NCBI GenBank assembly: GCA_964348155.1
Contig: CAYGBN010000004.1
Span: forward strand, 4,195 to 60,553
DNA length: 56,359 bases
Direction: 5' to 3'
Source: an uncultured Methanomassiliicoccales archaeon
GTDB taxonomy: Archaea; Thermoplasmatota; Thermoplasmata; RBG-16-68-12; JAJISG01
Part shown: positions 34,705-43,903 of the stretch, piece by piece
Position numbering within the stretch: the stretch's first letter is position 1
How the letters are laid out: every line of letters starts with the position of its first letter
Position numbers and translations under genes: made by a program
Notes under the pieces: generated by a model
The model's database searches: none
Told to the model about the DNA's origin: nothing
The model's input: the letters and a program-made list of their open reading frames with translations, nothing else

Positions 34705-35142
34705 GTGGGCCAGGTTACGCTTGTCGGCGAGCGGATGGCGAAGGAGGGGGAGACCTTCGTCTTTGTGGGTCCCCAGCCAGCCTGCCGTGAGTGCGGGCTG
34801 AAGGCCGCGTGCCTGAGCCTGGAGCGTGGTCGCCTCTACGAGATTCTGAAAGCGCGAGACGTGCATCACCCCGACGCGTGCCGGTACCATGAGAACGGCG
34901 TTCGCGTGGTGGAGGTGGGGCCGGCCCAGGTGAGCGCGTCCCTTAAGGCCAGGCTTGCCGTGGAGGGATCGACGGTGGAGTACACGCGGCCGGTCTGCTC
35001 CAACCATGCATGCGAGCACTACGGCCGGTGTCATCCGGAAGGGCTGGTGGGGCCGACCGCGGTCCGGGTTATCGGCGTTGGAAAGAAGCTTTCCTGCCCC
35101 CTGGAATACGATCTGGCGGCCGTCGAACTCGGGTACGCCTAG
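34705..35142 (+). CDS. UPF0179 family archaeal protein
   Basis: VTLVGERMAKEGETFVFVGPQPACRECGLKAACLSLERGRLYEI...RVVEV...CHPEGL. In-frame GTG 34705. Confidence 0.75.
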   Translation: MGQVTLVGERMAKEGETFVFVGPQPACRECGLKAACLSLERGRLYEILKARDVHHPDACRYHENGVRVVEVGPAQVSASLKARLAVEGSTVEYTRPVCSNHACEHYGRCHPEGLVGPTAVRVIGVGKKLSCPLEYDLAAVELGYA

Positions 35143-35169
35143 GGCCCGCCCCACCTTTTCCCGTGGAGA

Positions 35170-35544
35170 CTACTTGCGAATGCCCCACCTTTCCTTCTGT
35201 TTCTGCAGGTCCCTGGCGTGGCCGGCCGGGAGGTACCACGCAAGCTCCTCCAGCCGTTCCTGGTTCCGGACGAAACGAGCCTTGCTGGGGACGGCCAAGA
35301 GCTTCCGAAACTCCCGCCGCTTACGGATGAAGTCAACGAAATACCACCCTCCCACGATGAGCAGCAGGGGGCCGAGCACCACGAGCCACACCACCCAATT
35401 TCCCACCGCCGTGACAATGTCGAGAACCGGTTGGGGCAGGAAGTCCTGGAGGAAGTAGTGGAAGATGACGAGGAGCGTGAGGAAGGCCCCAAGGGCAAAG
35501 AGCATATAGCTGATCTCGAACCGCAGCTCTCGGAGAATCGCCAT
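35170..35544 (-). CDS. small membrane protein (2-3 TM) with basic C-terminal tail
   Basis: MAILRELRFEISYMLFALGAFLTLLVIFHYF...VVWLVVLGPLLLIVGGWYFVDFIRKRREF. ATG 35544 lies 23 nt from the shared TATA element. Confidence 0.55.
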   Translation of the reverse strand: MAILRELRFEISYMLFALGAFLTLLVIFHYFLQDFLPQPVLDIVTAVGNWVVWLVVLGPLLLIVGGWYFVDFIRKRREFRKLLAVPSKARFVRNQERLEELAWYLPAGHARDLQKQKERWGIRK

Positions 35545-35566
35545 CGTCCATCCGGTAGTCACGAGG

Positions 35567-35576
35567 TTTAATAATA
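35567..35576. promoter_or_regulatory. single A/T-rich TATA element (TTTAATAATA) shared by divergent genes
   Basis: It lies 23 nt from ATG 35544 (minus strand) and 31 nt from ATG 35607 (plus strand). It is the only A/T-rich stretch in the 62-nt intergenic region. Confidence 0.45.
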
Positions 35577-35606
35577 CCTCGTCCCCCGTTGCCATCCGAA
35601 TCAATC

Positions 35607-36746
35607 ATGGCGAAGCGTACGCCTGTTGCCGCGTTCCACGAACGCAATGCCAAACGCATGATCAACTTCCACGGTTGGGGCATGCCTCTGTACTTCTCTG
35701 GAATCGTCCAGGAGCACCGGGCGGTGCGGGAGAGGGTGGGGGTGTTTGACGTATCCCACATGGGTAAGGTCCTCATTGCAGGAGAGGGAGCCGCCCAAAG
35801 CCTCGGGCGGGCAATCCCGAGCCGTGTGCCGTCGGAGAACGCCGCGAGGTACACGCATCTGCTCCGGCCGAATGGGACAATAGTGGACGATGTGGTCTTC
35901 CTGGGGTTCGGCGAGGATCGCTATTTGTGTGTGTGCAACGCGGCGAGGACGGCTGAGGTGTTTGGGTGGTTTGCGCGGCACGTCAGGCCGCCCCGTTTGC
36001 ACGACCTCACTCACGACATCGTGTGCTTTGCTGTTCAGGGTCCCGAATCTCAGGGGACCCTGGAGGATGTTGTCACGGCCGACCTGAGTGGGGTGCGGCG
36101 CTTTCACGGTTGTCTCTCTCGTCTTCACCGGAGGGACACCACGCTGACGCCTCCACGGGAAACGAAGGGGTGGGCCCCGCTCCAGAAGCTCTTGCAGGCG
36201 GATGTGCCTTCCGGTCCCGACGAGCTCTACCTCACTAGGACGGGCTACACCGGCGAGGACGGCTTCGAGATCTACGCGAGTGCCGGCCTTGGCGTGGAGT
36301 TGTGGGACACCCTCTTGGGAGCGGGCGTGCCCCCGGCAGGGCTGGGGGCCCGGGACACCCTTCGTTTGGAGAAGGGCTACCTTTTGTCCGGGCAGGATTT
36401 CGACGGGGAGAGAACGCCCTTGGAGGCAGGCTATGAACGAATCATCGATTGGGAGGATGAATTCGTGGGCAGGGAGGCGCTTCTCCACTTGAAACGTAGG
36501 GGCTCCTATGCCCGCTTCATGGGAGTTCGCATGCAGGGCCCCGGCATCCCGCGCCGCGGCTCCTCCGTGCTTCTGGGCGATGAGCACGTGGGGAGCCTCA
36601 CGAGCGGCACGCTATCTCCCAGTCTGGGCGTCGGCATAGGGCTGGGATACTTGGACCCGGCCGCCTCGGCACCCGGTCTTCAGGTGGAGGTCGAGGTGCG
36701 TGGACAACCCCACGCCGCCGACGTCGTCCGTCCCCCGTTCCTCTAG
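35607..36746 (+). CDS. gcvT: glycine cleavage system aminomethyltransferase T
   Basis: TPVAAFHERNAKRMINFHGWGMPLYFSGIVQEHRAVRERVGVFDVSHMGK...TGYTGEDGFEIY. Confidence 0.9.
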   Translation: MAKRTPVAAFHERNAKRMINFHGWGMPLYFSGIVQEHRAVRERVGVFDVSHMGKVLIAGEGAAQSLGRAIPSRVPSENAARYTHLLRPNGTIVDDVVFLGFGEDRYLCVCNAARTAEVFGWFARHVRPPRLHDLTHDIVCFAVQGPESQGTLEDVVTADLSGVRRFHGCLSRLHRRDTTLTPPRETKGWAPLQKLLQADVPSGPDELYLTRTGYTGEDGFEIYASAGLGVELWDTLLGAGVPPAGLGARDTLRLEKGYLLSGQDFDGERTPLEAGYERIIDWEDEFVGREALLHLKRRGSYARFMGVRMQGPGIPRRGSSVLLGDEHVGSLTSGTLSPSLGVGIGLGYLDPAASAPGLQVEVEVRGQPHAADVVRPPFL

Positions 36747-36763
36747 GGCGTCGTGTCCCCGAC

Positions 36764-36776
36764 AGTTTCAGCCACC
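36764..36776 (+). promoter_or_regulatory. fifth copy of the box: AGTTTCAGCCACC followed by CCC, distal to nrdJ
   Basis: Direct read, 17 nt after the gcvT stop. Unlike the other four copies, no A/T-rich TATA follows within 20 nt. Confidence 0.4.
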
Positions 36777-36867
36777 CCCTAGGGGAAGCTCCTTGGCCTC
36801 CTCTCCCCCTCGCGCCGCATGGACGATCGGAGCGGGGGGGCCGTGCCCCGAGTGGATGCCACATCCG

Positions 36868-36895
36868 TTATCTATATGGATAATGAACAGGATAA
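36868..36895 (+). promoter_or_regulatory. nrdJ promoter region: TTATC-TATATG-GATAA inverted repeat over the TATA box plus a third GATAA
   Basis: TTATC at 36868-72, GATAA at 36879-83, GATAA at 36891-95. This is the only strongly A/T-rich stretch in the 263-nt gcvT-nrdJ spacer. Confidence 0.45.
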
Positions 36896-37009
36896 CAGAC
36901 ATGGTTGGCTGGCGCGGGGCCTCGGTAATCAAGCGGGGTCAGAAATCCATTTAACAGGATGGGCGAATGCGCCGGGTTACCTCTTCACGGGATGGTGGTG
37001 CGTGTGGAG

Positions 37010-39328
37010 ATGCTGAAGATCGGACAGACAGATGTCACTCGCTGGCCCGAGCCAGCGCTGACGGAGAACGCGAACCGCGTCCTGCGGCGGAGATACCTCA
37101 GGCGGGACGAGACGGGGACGCCCGTGGAGAGCCCGAAGGAGTTGTTCGCGCGCGTGGCGTTGAACCTTGCCCAGGCGGACCGCCTCTACGACGACCAGGC
37201 GGACCTGGAGACCACAGGTCGGGCGTTCTACGACATGATGGCGCGCCTGGAGTTTCTGCCCAACAGCCCCACGCTGATGAACGCGGGGAATGAGCTGCAG
37301 CAGCTGTCGGCTTGTTTCGTGCTTCCCGTGACGGACAGCATCGAGGGGATCTTCGACGCCCTGAAGTGGCAGGCCAAGATCCACCAGAGCGGGGGTGGGA
37401 CGGGCTTCGGCTTCAGCCGGTTGCGCCCCAAGGGGGATTTCGTCCGCAGCACCATGGGCGTGGCCAGCGGGCCCGTGAGCTTCATGAAGATCTTCGACGA
37501 GGCCACGCAGCAGGTCAAGCAGGGCGGGAAGCGCAGGGGCGCGAACATGGGCATCCTCCGCGTGGACCACGAGGACATCCAGGAGTTCATTACGTGCAAG
37601 GACGACACGACGAAGATCACGAACTTCAACATCAGCGTGGCCGTTACGGACGCGTTCATGCGGGCCTACGAGGAGGGAGCCCCCTTCCCCCTTCGGAATC
37701 CCAGGACGGGGGAGGTTACCCGGCAAGTGGATGCTCGAGACCTCCTCAAGCAAATCGCCACGTCTGCCTGGCGCACGGGAGAACCCGGCCTGTTCTTCCT
37801 GGATACGACGAACGGGACCAACCCCACGCCCCACATCGCCGACTTCGAGGCGACGAACCCCTGTGGGGAGCAGCCCCTCCTGCCCTTTGAGTCCTGCAAT
37901 CTGGGCTCCATCGACCTGGAGAAGCACCTCCTCGAGGGGGCGCAGGGCTGGGACCTGGACTGGGAGAAGCTGGAGCGGACGGTGCGCCTGGCCACCCGGT
38001 TCCTGGACGACGTGATCGACATGAATCGCTACCCCATCGAGGAGATCGACAGGATGACAAAGGACACCCGGAAGATCGGCCTGGGGGTCATGGGGTTCGC
38101 CCGCGCGCTCTTCCGGATGAAGGTTCCGTACGACTCCGAGGAGGGGGTGGCGGCGGCCCGGAAGGTCATGAAATTCATCCAGGAGGTGGGCTACGACGAG
38201 TCGCAACGCCTCGCCGAGGCGCGGGGCGTCTACCCCGCCTGGGAGGGCTCCCGGCACCAGGAGCGCGGGCTCCGGATGCGCAACTCCTACGTGACCACCG
38301 TGGCCCCGACGGGGACCCTGAGCATGATCGCGGACACCTCCGGCGGATGCGAGCCGGAGTTCTCCCTCGTGTGGTACAAGAACGTGATGGACGGGGAGCA
38401 CCTCCCCTATGCCCTGGATTACTTCATCGAAGTGGCGAAGGATGAGGGATGGTGGTCGGAGGCGCTCCTGGAGAAGATCCTGGAGAACCACGGGTCCTGT
38501 CGCGGACTGGACGAGGTGCCGGAGGAGTGGCAGCGTGTCTTCGCCGTCTCCCACGACGTCAGCCCGGAGTGGCACGTCCGTATGCAGGCCGCCTTCCAGG
38601 AGTCCTGTGATGCCGCCGTCTCCAAGACCATCAACCTGCCAAGGGAGGCCACGGTGGAGGACGTCCTGGAGGCGTACCTCCTGGCGCACAAGCTGGGCTG
38701 CAAGGGCATCACGGTCTACCGGGACGGCAGCCGGGAGGCACAGGTCCTCAACGTGGGCGTACCGACTGCCGAAGAGGAGGAGGCGGCCATCACGGAGCCC
38801 CGGCCCCGACCCGACGTGATTCGGGGCACCACCCAGAAGATCCTCACTGGCTACGGCGCCCTCTACGTGACCATCAACGAAGACGACCACGGCATGTTCG
38901 AGGTCTTCGCCCAGATCGGCCGCGGGGGCGGGTACACGGCGTCCTTCACGGAGGCGGTGGCTCGCCTCATCAGCCTCTGCCTGCGGACGGGCATCCCCGT
39001 GGACGAGATCGTCGACCAGCTTGAGGGGATCCGGAGCCCCCGTCTGGGGTGGGACCATCGGGAGAAGATCTACTCCGTCCCCGACGCCCTGGCCAAGGCC
39101 ATGAAGCGCCACCTCAGCGGCTACTCCCAGGAGACGCTGCAGCCCAGGGTGGACAGCTTTGAGGAGGAGACCACCCAGTTTGACGACGAGCTAGAGAAGG
39201 AGTACCGGGACGAGACGAAGGCCGTGGTTCGCCAGGGCCACAGCCCGGAGTGTCCGGAGTGCGGCAGCTCCCTGATCATCCAGGAGAACTGCATCAAGTG
39301 CCGGAACTGCGGGTTCTCCGAATGCTAG
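37010..39328 (+). CDS. nrdJ: adenosylcobalamin-dependent ribonucleoside-diphosphate/triphosphate reductase (class II)
   Basis: VLRRRYL, LPNSPTLMNAG, LSACFVLPV.DSIEGIF, SGGGTGFGFSRLRPKG, NPCGEQPL, and a C-terminal zinc ribbon CPECG...CIKCRNCG. Start is ATG 37010 or ATG 36959. Confidence 0.88.
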   Translation: MLKIGQTDVTRWPEPALTENANRVLRRRYLRRDETGTPVESPKELFARVALNLAQADRLYDDQADLETTGRAFYDMMARLEFLPNSPTLMNAGNELQQLSACFVLPVTDSIEGIFDALKWQAKIHQSGGGTGFGFSRLRPKGDFVRSTMGVASGPVSFMKIFDEATQQVKQGGKRRGANMGILRVDHEDIQEFITCKDDTTKITNFNISVAVTDAFMRAYEEGAPFPLRNPRTGEVTRQVDARDLLKQIATSAWRTGEPGLFFLDTTNGTNPTPHIADFEATNPCGEQPLLPFESCNLGSIDLEKHLLEGAQGWDLDWEKLERTVRLATRFLDDVIDMNRYPIEEIDRMTKDTRKIGLGVMGFARALFRMKVPYDSEEGVAAARKVMKFIQEVGYDESQRLAEARGVYPAWEGSRHQERGLRMRNSYVTTVAPTGTLSMIADTSGGCEPEFSLVWYKNVMDGEHLPYALDYFIEVAKDEGWWSEALLEKILENHGSCRGLDEVPEEWQRVFAVSHDVSPEWHVRMQAAFQESCDAAVSKTINLPREATVEDVLEAYLLAHKLGCKGITVYRDGSREAQVLNVGVPTAEEEEAAITEPRPRPDVIRGTTQKILTGYGALYVTINEDDHGMFEVFAQIGRGGGYTASFTEAVARLISLCLRTGIPVDEIVDQLEGIRSPRLGWDHREKIYSVPDALAKAMKRHLSGYSQETLQPRVDSFEEETTQFDDELEKEYRDETKAVVRQGHSPECPECGSSLIIQENCIKCRNCGFSEC

Positions 39329-39361
39329 ACTCCCCCGAGTAGACCACGTGGGAAGGGCGGG

Positions 39362-39402
39362 GGCGGTGCAGACCGCCCTGCAGCCCTTCACCACCTTTTT
39401 TT
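39362..39402 (+). terminator. hairpin GGCGGT-GCAG-ACCGCC followed by a T7 run (39396-39402) after nrdJ
   Basis: Direct read. Oligo-T tracts are the usual archaeal termination signal and are very rare in this GC-rich window. Confidence 0.5.
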
Positions 39403-39460
39403 CGGCGAGGGACCGCGGGGCGAGCACCCTTTATTAGCCGGTCGAGGCATCGCACCGAGA

Positions 39461-40429
39461 GTGGGCGCCGTCCTGACGACCTTCGACCTTGACCGCGCGT
39501 CCCGAAAGGCTCTGGAGGGGGCCGCGGGGTCGCACGCCGTCATCGCCCGGGAGGAGCTGGCGCCCGCCCTCCCCGACGTGGAGGTCATCCTGTGCGCGGG
39601 CCTGGGGGGCCTCCCCGAAGGGGTCCTGGAGGCCATGGAGGGGCTTCGCCTCGTGCAGACCGTCCTGGCGGGGGCGGACCACCTGCCCGCGGAGGTCTTC
39701 CGGCCGGGGGTGGCGGTGTGCACCACGGCGGGCGCGGGGTCCCAGTCCGTGGCGGAGCACGCCTTCGCCCTCCTCCTGGCCGCGTCGAAGAACGTGACCC
39801 GCCACACCCAGGCCGTGCGGGAGGGGAGGTTCGACCGCGAGCCGGAGAACCGGGTGCTCCACGGGGCCACCCTGGGGATCCTGGGCCTCGGCCACATCGG
39901 GCGTGCCGTGGCGAGCATGGGGCGTGCCTTTGGCATGCAGGTCCTGGCCATCAACCGCCGTGGCACGACGAAGGAGGATGTGGACTTCATCGGAGGTCCC
40001 GGGGACCTGATGCGCGTCCTGGAGGAGGCCCACTATCTGGCGGTGACCCTCCCCCTGACCCGGGAGACGAAGGGCCTCCTGGGGCGGCAGGAGTTGCAGG
40101 TGATGCGGCCCGACGCGGTGCTCGTGAACGTGGGCCGGGCCGCCGTGGTCCAGGAGGAGGCCCTGTACGACCACCTCCGATCCCATCCGGAGTTCCGGGC
40201 CGCCTTCGACGTCTGGTGGACCTACCCCCAGGGGGGCCGCGGCCGCCCCTTCACGCGCCCCTTCCACACGCTGAAGAACTTCCTCATGACGCCCCACGTG
40301 GCCGGCCACGTGCCGGGGCACCGTGAAGCCCTGATTGAAGCCGCCATAGAGAATATAGAGAACTACTTTATGGGGCGGCCTTTGATGAATCGAGTCGAGC
40401 AGGGAGAGTTCCCTCCCGAGACGGAGTGA
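39461..40429 (+). CDS. D-isomer-specific 2-hydroxyacid dehydrogenase family protein
   Basis: GILGLGHIGRAVA (NAD binding), NVGRAAVV, TPHVAG. The TATA element TTTATTA at 39430-39436 lies 25 nt before GTG 39461. Confidence 0.8.
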   Translation: MGAVLTTFDLDRASRKALEGAAGSHAVIAREELAPALPDVEVILCAGLGGLPEGVLEAMEGLRLVQTVLAGADHLPAEVFRPGVAVCTTAGAGSQSVAEHAFALLLAASKNVTRHTQAVREGRFDREPENRVLHGATLGILGLGHIGRAVASMGRAFGMQVLAINRRGTTKEDVDFIGGPGDLMRVLEEAHYLAVTLPLTRETKGLLGRQELQVMRPDAVLVNVGRAAVVQEEALYDHLRSHPEFRAAFDVWWTYPQGGRGRPFTRPFHTLKNFLMTPHVAGHVPGHREALIEAAIENIENYFMGRPLMNRVEQGEFPPETE

Positions 40430-41694
40430 TGCAGATGCCCGAGACTGCGGGGTTGAGCCCGTTCGACATTGCCCGTATCCAGATCGACACCGTGGGAAGG
40501 CGCCTCAAGCTGGACCCGGGCCTGCTGGCCATACTGAAGTTGCCGAGCCGGGAGCTCACCGTGAACTTCCCTGTAAAGATGGACGACGGCTCCATCCGCG
40601 TCTTCACGGGCTACCGCGTGCAGTACAACCAGGTCCTCGGCCCCTTCAAGGGGGGCATCCGGTACCACCCCGACGTCACCTTGGACGAGGTGCGGGCCCT
40701 GGCCGCCTGGATGACCTGGAAGTGCGCCGTCATCGGCCTGCCCTACGGCGGGGCCAAGGGGGGCGTCATCTGCAACCCCAAGGAGATGAGCCCGGGGGAG
40801 CTGGAGCGCCTGACGCGCCGCTTCACCTCGGAGATCTCCATCATCATCGGTCCGCAGAAGGACATCCCCGCCCCGGACGTCTACACCGACGCCCAGGTCA
40901 TGGCCTGGATCATGGACACCTTCAGCATGAACGAGGGATACTCCGTGCCCGGCGTGGTGACGGGGAAGCCCCTGGTCATTGGGGGGTCCAAGGGGCGGGA
41001 GGAGGCCACGTCCCGGGGGGTCATGTACACCACCCGGGAGGCCGCCAAGCGCCTGGAGGTGGACCTCGGCGCGGCCACCGTCGCCGTCCAGGGCTACGGG
41101 AACGTGGGGTACCACGCGGCCCGCCTCCTCCACGATGAGCAGGGCTCCACCATCGTGGCCGTCAGCGACTCCCGGGGCGCCATCTTCAACCCCAACGGGC
41201 TGGACCCGGAGGCGGTCCGTCTCCACAAGGCCAAGACCGGGAGCGTGGTGGGCTTCCCGGGAACGGATGCCCTGACCAACGAGGAGATCCTGGAGCTGGA
41301 GTGCGACGTCCTGGTCCCCGCCGCCCTGGAGAAGGCCATCACCCGCGACAACGCGCCGCAGGTCAAGGCGAAGATCGTGTCCGAGGGGGCCAACGGCCCC
41401 ACGACGCCGGAGGCCGACCAGATCCTCTACAAGCGGAACGTCACCGTCATCCCCGACATCCTGTGCAACGCCGGCGGGGTGACCGTCAGCTACTTCGAGT
41501 GGGTTCAGAGCCTCCAGCACTTCTTCTGGTCCTTCGAGGAGGTCAAGAAGCAGCTGGAGGACGTCATGGTCAAGGCCTTCAACGAGGTGTGGCAGACCGC
41601 GGAGGAGGAGAAGGTGGACCTTCGTGTTGCGGCTTACGTGGTGGCCATGCGAAAGGTGGTGGAGGCCTACCGGACCCGGGGCATCTATCCCTGA
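40426..41694 (+). CDS. gdhA: glutamate dehydrogenase
   Basis: GYRVQYNQVLGPFKGGIRYHP...MTWKCAVIGLPYGGAKGGV...GYGNVG. Confidence 0.92.
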   Translation: MMQMPETAGLSPFDIARIQIDTVGRRLKLDPGLLAILKLPSRELTVNFPVKMDDGSIRVFTGYRVQYNQVLGPFKGGIRYHPDVTLDEVRALAAWMTWKCAVIGLPYGGAKGGVICNPKEMSPGELERLTRRFTSEISIIIGPQKDIPAPDVYTDAQVMAWIMDTFSMNEGYSVPGVVTGKPLVIGGSKGREEATSRGVMYTTREAAKRLEVDLGAATVAVQGYGNVGYHAARLLHDEQGSTIVAVSDSRGAIFNPNGLDPEAVRLHKAKTGSVVGFPGTDALTNEEILELECDVLVPAALEKAITRDNAPQVKAKIVSEGANGPTTPEADQILYKRNVTVIPDILCNAGGVTVSYFEWVQSLQHFFWSFEEVKKQLEDVMVKAFNEVWQTAEEEKVDLRVAAYVVAMRKVVEAYRTRGIYP

Positions 41695-43802
41695 TCCCGT
41701 CGCAGGGGGAGGGTGGGCAGCCGCCTCTCCGTCTCGGGGAGCCGCATGAGACGAGCGACGAGCTCCGCCACGTCCACCGTCTCCAACGCCTCCTCCTCCC
41801 CCACGTTCTTCACCCCGTCCTCCATCATGGTCATGCAGAAGGGGCAGGCGGTGCATAGGGTCCCCACCCCCGTCCCCAGGGCCTCCTCCGTCCGCTCCAC
41901 GTTGATGCGCTTGCCGACGGTCTCCTCCATCCACATGCGGCCGCCGCCGGCGCCGCAGCACAGTCCCTTGTCCTTGCAGCGGTGCATCTCCCGGAGCTCC
42001 AGGCCGCGCACGGCGCCCAGGGCCCTCCGCGGCGCCTCGTAGACGCCGTTGTAGCGACCCAGGTAGCACGCGTCGTGGAAGGCCACCCGGAGGCCGTCCC
42101 CCCGCTGCAGGGTAATCCGCCCCTCCCGGAGGAGCTGGTCCAGAAGCTCTGTGTGGTGGAGAACCTCGTACTCCCCGCCGAACTCCGGGTACTCGTTCTT
42201 CAGGGTGTTGAAGCAGTGGGGGCACGCCGTCACGATCTTGCGGACGCCCCGCTCCGCCAGGGTCTTCACGTTCTCCTGGATCAGGGTCTGGGCCAGGTAC
42301 TCGTTGCCGATGCGCCGGGCGGGGTCTCCCGTGCACCTCTCCTCCTTCCCCAGAATGGCAAAGCTGACGCCGGCCGCCTGGAGCACCCGGACCAGCGCCC
42401 GGGCCGTCTTCTGGTTCCGCTCGTCGAAGGCGGCGGAGCAGCCCACCCAGTAGAGGATCTCGAAGTCCTGCGTCTCCGACGCCACCTTGACGTCTAGCCC
42501 CTCCGCCCAGGCGTCCCGCTGGTCCCACGCCACCCCGTAGGGATTGAAGTTCGTCTCCATGTGCGCTAGGGCCCGCTGGGCCGTCTCCGGGAGCCTCCCC
42601 TGCTCCATGACGAGGTTGCGCCGCAGCTCCACGATGGGGGGCACGTGGCGGATGCTTACGGGGCAGATCTCCACGCAGGCCATGCAAGTGGTGCACGCCC
42701 ACAGCTCCTCCTCCCCCACCAGGAGGGGGGCGGGGTCCTCCGGCTCCGACCGTCCCTCCCGTCGGGTAAGGTCCCGGAGGTCCAGGATGACGCGCATGGG
42801 GTCCAGGGGTTTCCCCGTAATCCAGGCGGGGCAGACGCTGGTGCAGCGGCCGCAGACGGTGCACGCGTCGAACATGGCGCGGTCCTCCAGGGAGAAGTAC
42901 GCCGTGGAGGCCGCGCCCAGGGCGATCTCCGCCGCCTCGGGCCCCTCCAGCTCCTCCAGCGTGAAGGGGGTGGGCAGCTGCCCATAGGGCCGGAGGCTCT
43001 CCAGGTACGTGTTCAGCGGGGACGTGAGGATGTGGAGGAACTTGGTGAAGGGGATGCTGGCCAGGAAGAAGGCCGTGGTGAAGGCGTGGAACCACCACAG
43101 CCACAGGTACGCGTCGGCCACCCCCGGGGTGACGACGCCCGGGGTGATGGCCCCCGCCAGGATGAGGAGGCGGGAGAGGGCGTAGCCCACGAAGGACCAG
43201 GGGTACCACGCCTCCTGGGGGGTGGCCCCCAGGCGGAAGGCCTCCATGAGGAACCCCTGGACCGCCAGGAGGAGGAGGATGAGGAGGAGGTAGTAGTCGC
43301 CCACCCCCGAGCGGAGGTGCCTGGGCCGCTGGACGACGCGGCGCCAGAGGGCCAGGCCGATGCCCACGATGAGGAAGAGGCCGAAGAGCTCCAGGGCCAC
43401 CTCGAAGACGATGTAGTTGAGACCCACCAGGAAGCGGGTGTCCAGGAGGCGGATGGTCACGTCCCACTCCAGGGCCACCAGGGTCGTTCCGATGGCCAGG
43501 ACGATGAAGCCGGTGTAGATGAGGGCGTGGAGAAGGCCCGCGTAGACCTCCCGGATCACCTTCCGCTGCAGGAGGCCCACCCGCAGGAGCGCCTTGACCC
43601 GCGTGAGGAAGGAGTCCCGGGGGAGGCGCCCCTTCACGCGCCGCCACGTGAGCCACCGGTAGAGAAGCCCTCCCACGAGGATGGCAAAGGCGATCCCCTG
43701 GGAGATCAGCAGGGGCAGGAAGACCTCCTCCCCCACGATGGCAAAGTGCTCCCGGGCGGGCTCCGCTGCGAGGGCCTGAGCGAGGCCCGTGGACCACCCC
43801 AT
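41685..43802 (-). CDS. membrane-bound Fe-S oxidoreductase: cytochrome-b/NarI-like TM domain + 2x[4Fe-4S] + CCG domains (HdrD/GlpC-like, EtfD-like)
   Basis: The N-terminal half has about 6 TM helices. Then CTVCGRCTSVCP and CTTCMACVEICP, followed by C-terminal CCG-type cysteine motifs including CCGAGGG. It is divergent from etfBA. Confidence 0.75.
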   Translation of the reverse strand: MGWSTGLAQALAAEPAREHFAIVGEEVFLPLLISQGIAFAILVGGLLYRWLTWRRVKGRLPRDSFLTRVKALLRVGLLQRKVIREVYAGLLHALIYTGFIVLAIGTTLVALEWDVTIRLLDTRFLVGLNYIVFEVALELFGLFLIVGIGLALWRRVVQRPRHLRSGVGDYYLLLILLLLAVQGFLMEAFRLGATPQEAWYPWSFVGYALSRLLILAGAITPGVVTPGVADAYLWLWWFHAFTTAFFLASIPFTKFLHILTSPLNTYLESLRPYGQLPTPFTLEELEGPEAAEIALGAASTAYFSLEDRAMFDACTVCGRCTSVCPAWITGKPLDPMRVILDLRDLTRREGRSEPEDPAPLLVGEEELWACTTCMACVEICPVSIRHVPPIVELRRNLVMEQGRLPETAQRALAHMETNFNPYGVAWDQRDAWAEGLDVKVASETQDFEILYWVGCSAAFDERNQKTARALVRVLQAAGVSFAILGKEERCTGDPARRIGNEYLAQTLIQENVKTLAERGVRKIVTACPHCFNTLKNEYPEFGGEYEVLHHTELLDQLLREGRITLQRGDGLRVAFHDACYLGRYNGVYEAPRRALGAVRGLELREMHRCKDKGLCCGAGGGRMWMEETVGKRINVERTEEALGTGVGTLCTACPFCMTMMEDGVKNVGEEEALETVDVAELVARLMRLPETERRLPTLPLRRDQG

Positions 43803-43826
43803 CCGAGGAAGGACGGGACGCCCGGG

Positions 43827-43876
43827 TTATAAACGTTGGGAGGCTGGCTCCCGGGGCCACGTCGACAGCTTTATAT
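43827..43876. promoter_or_regulatory. divergent promoter pair for the Fe-S oxidoreductase and etfBA
   Basis: TTATAAA at 43827-33 lies 25 nt from ATG 43802 (minus strand). TTTATAT at 43870-76 lies 28 nt from ATG 43904 (plus strand). Confidence 0.5.
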
Positions 43877-43903
43877 CGCGTCCGGAGGTCGAGAGGCCCG
43901 CTT

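Noticed and set aside
36900-37009. A cobalamin riboswitch in front of the B12-dependent RNR.
   Set aside because: GGGGUCAGAAAUCC is vaguely reminiscent of part of the cobalamin aptamer core. I could not find a B12-box-like GCCACUG element or the expected multi-stem architecture. Riboswitches of this class are not expected in archaea. This needs an Infernal scan to be sure.
36819-37016. A 65-aa ORF (MDDRSGGAVPRVDATSVIYMDNEQ...) in the nrdJ leader, positioned downstream of the fifth box with roughly promoter-like spacing.
   Set aside because: Its codon third positions are not GC-biased, unlike every confident gene here. The sequence is Trp/Gly-rich at the end and overlaps the nrdJ start. The region between box and ATG has no A/T-rich TATA.
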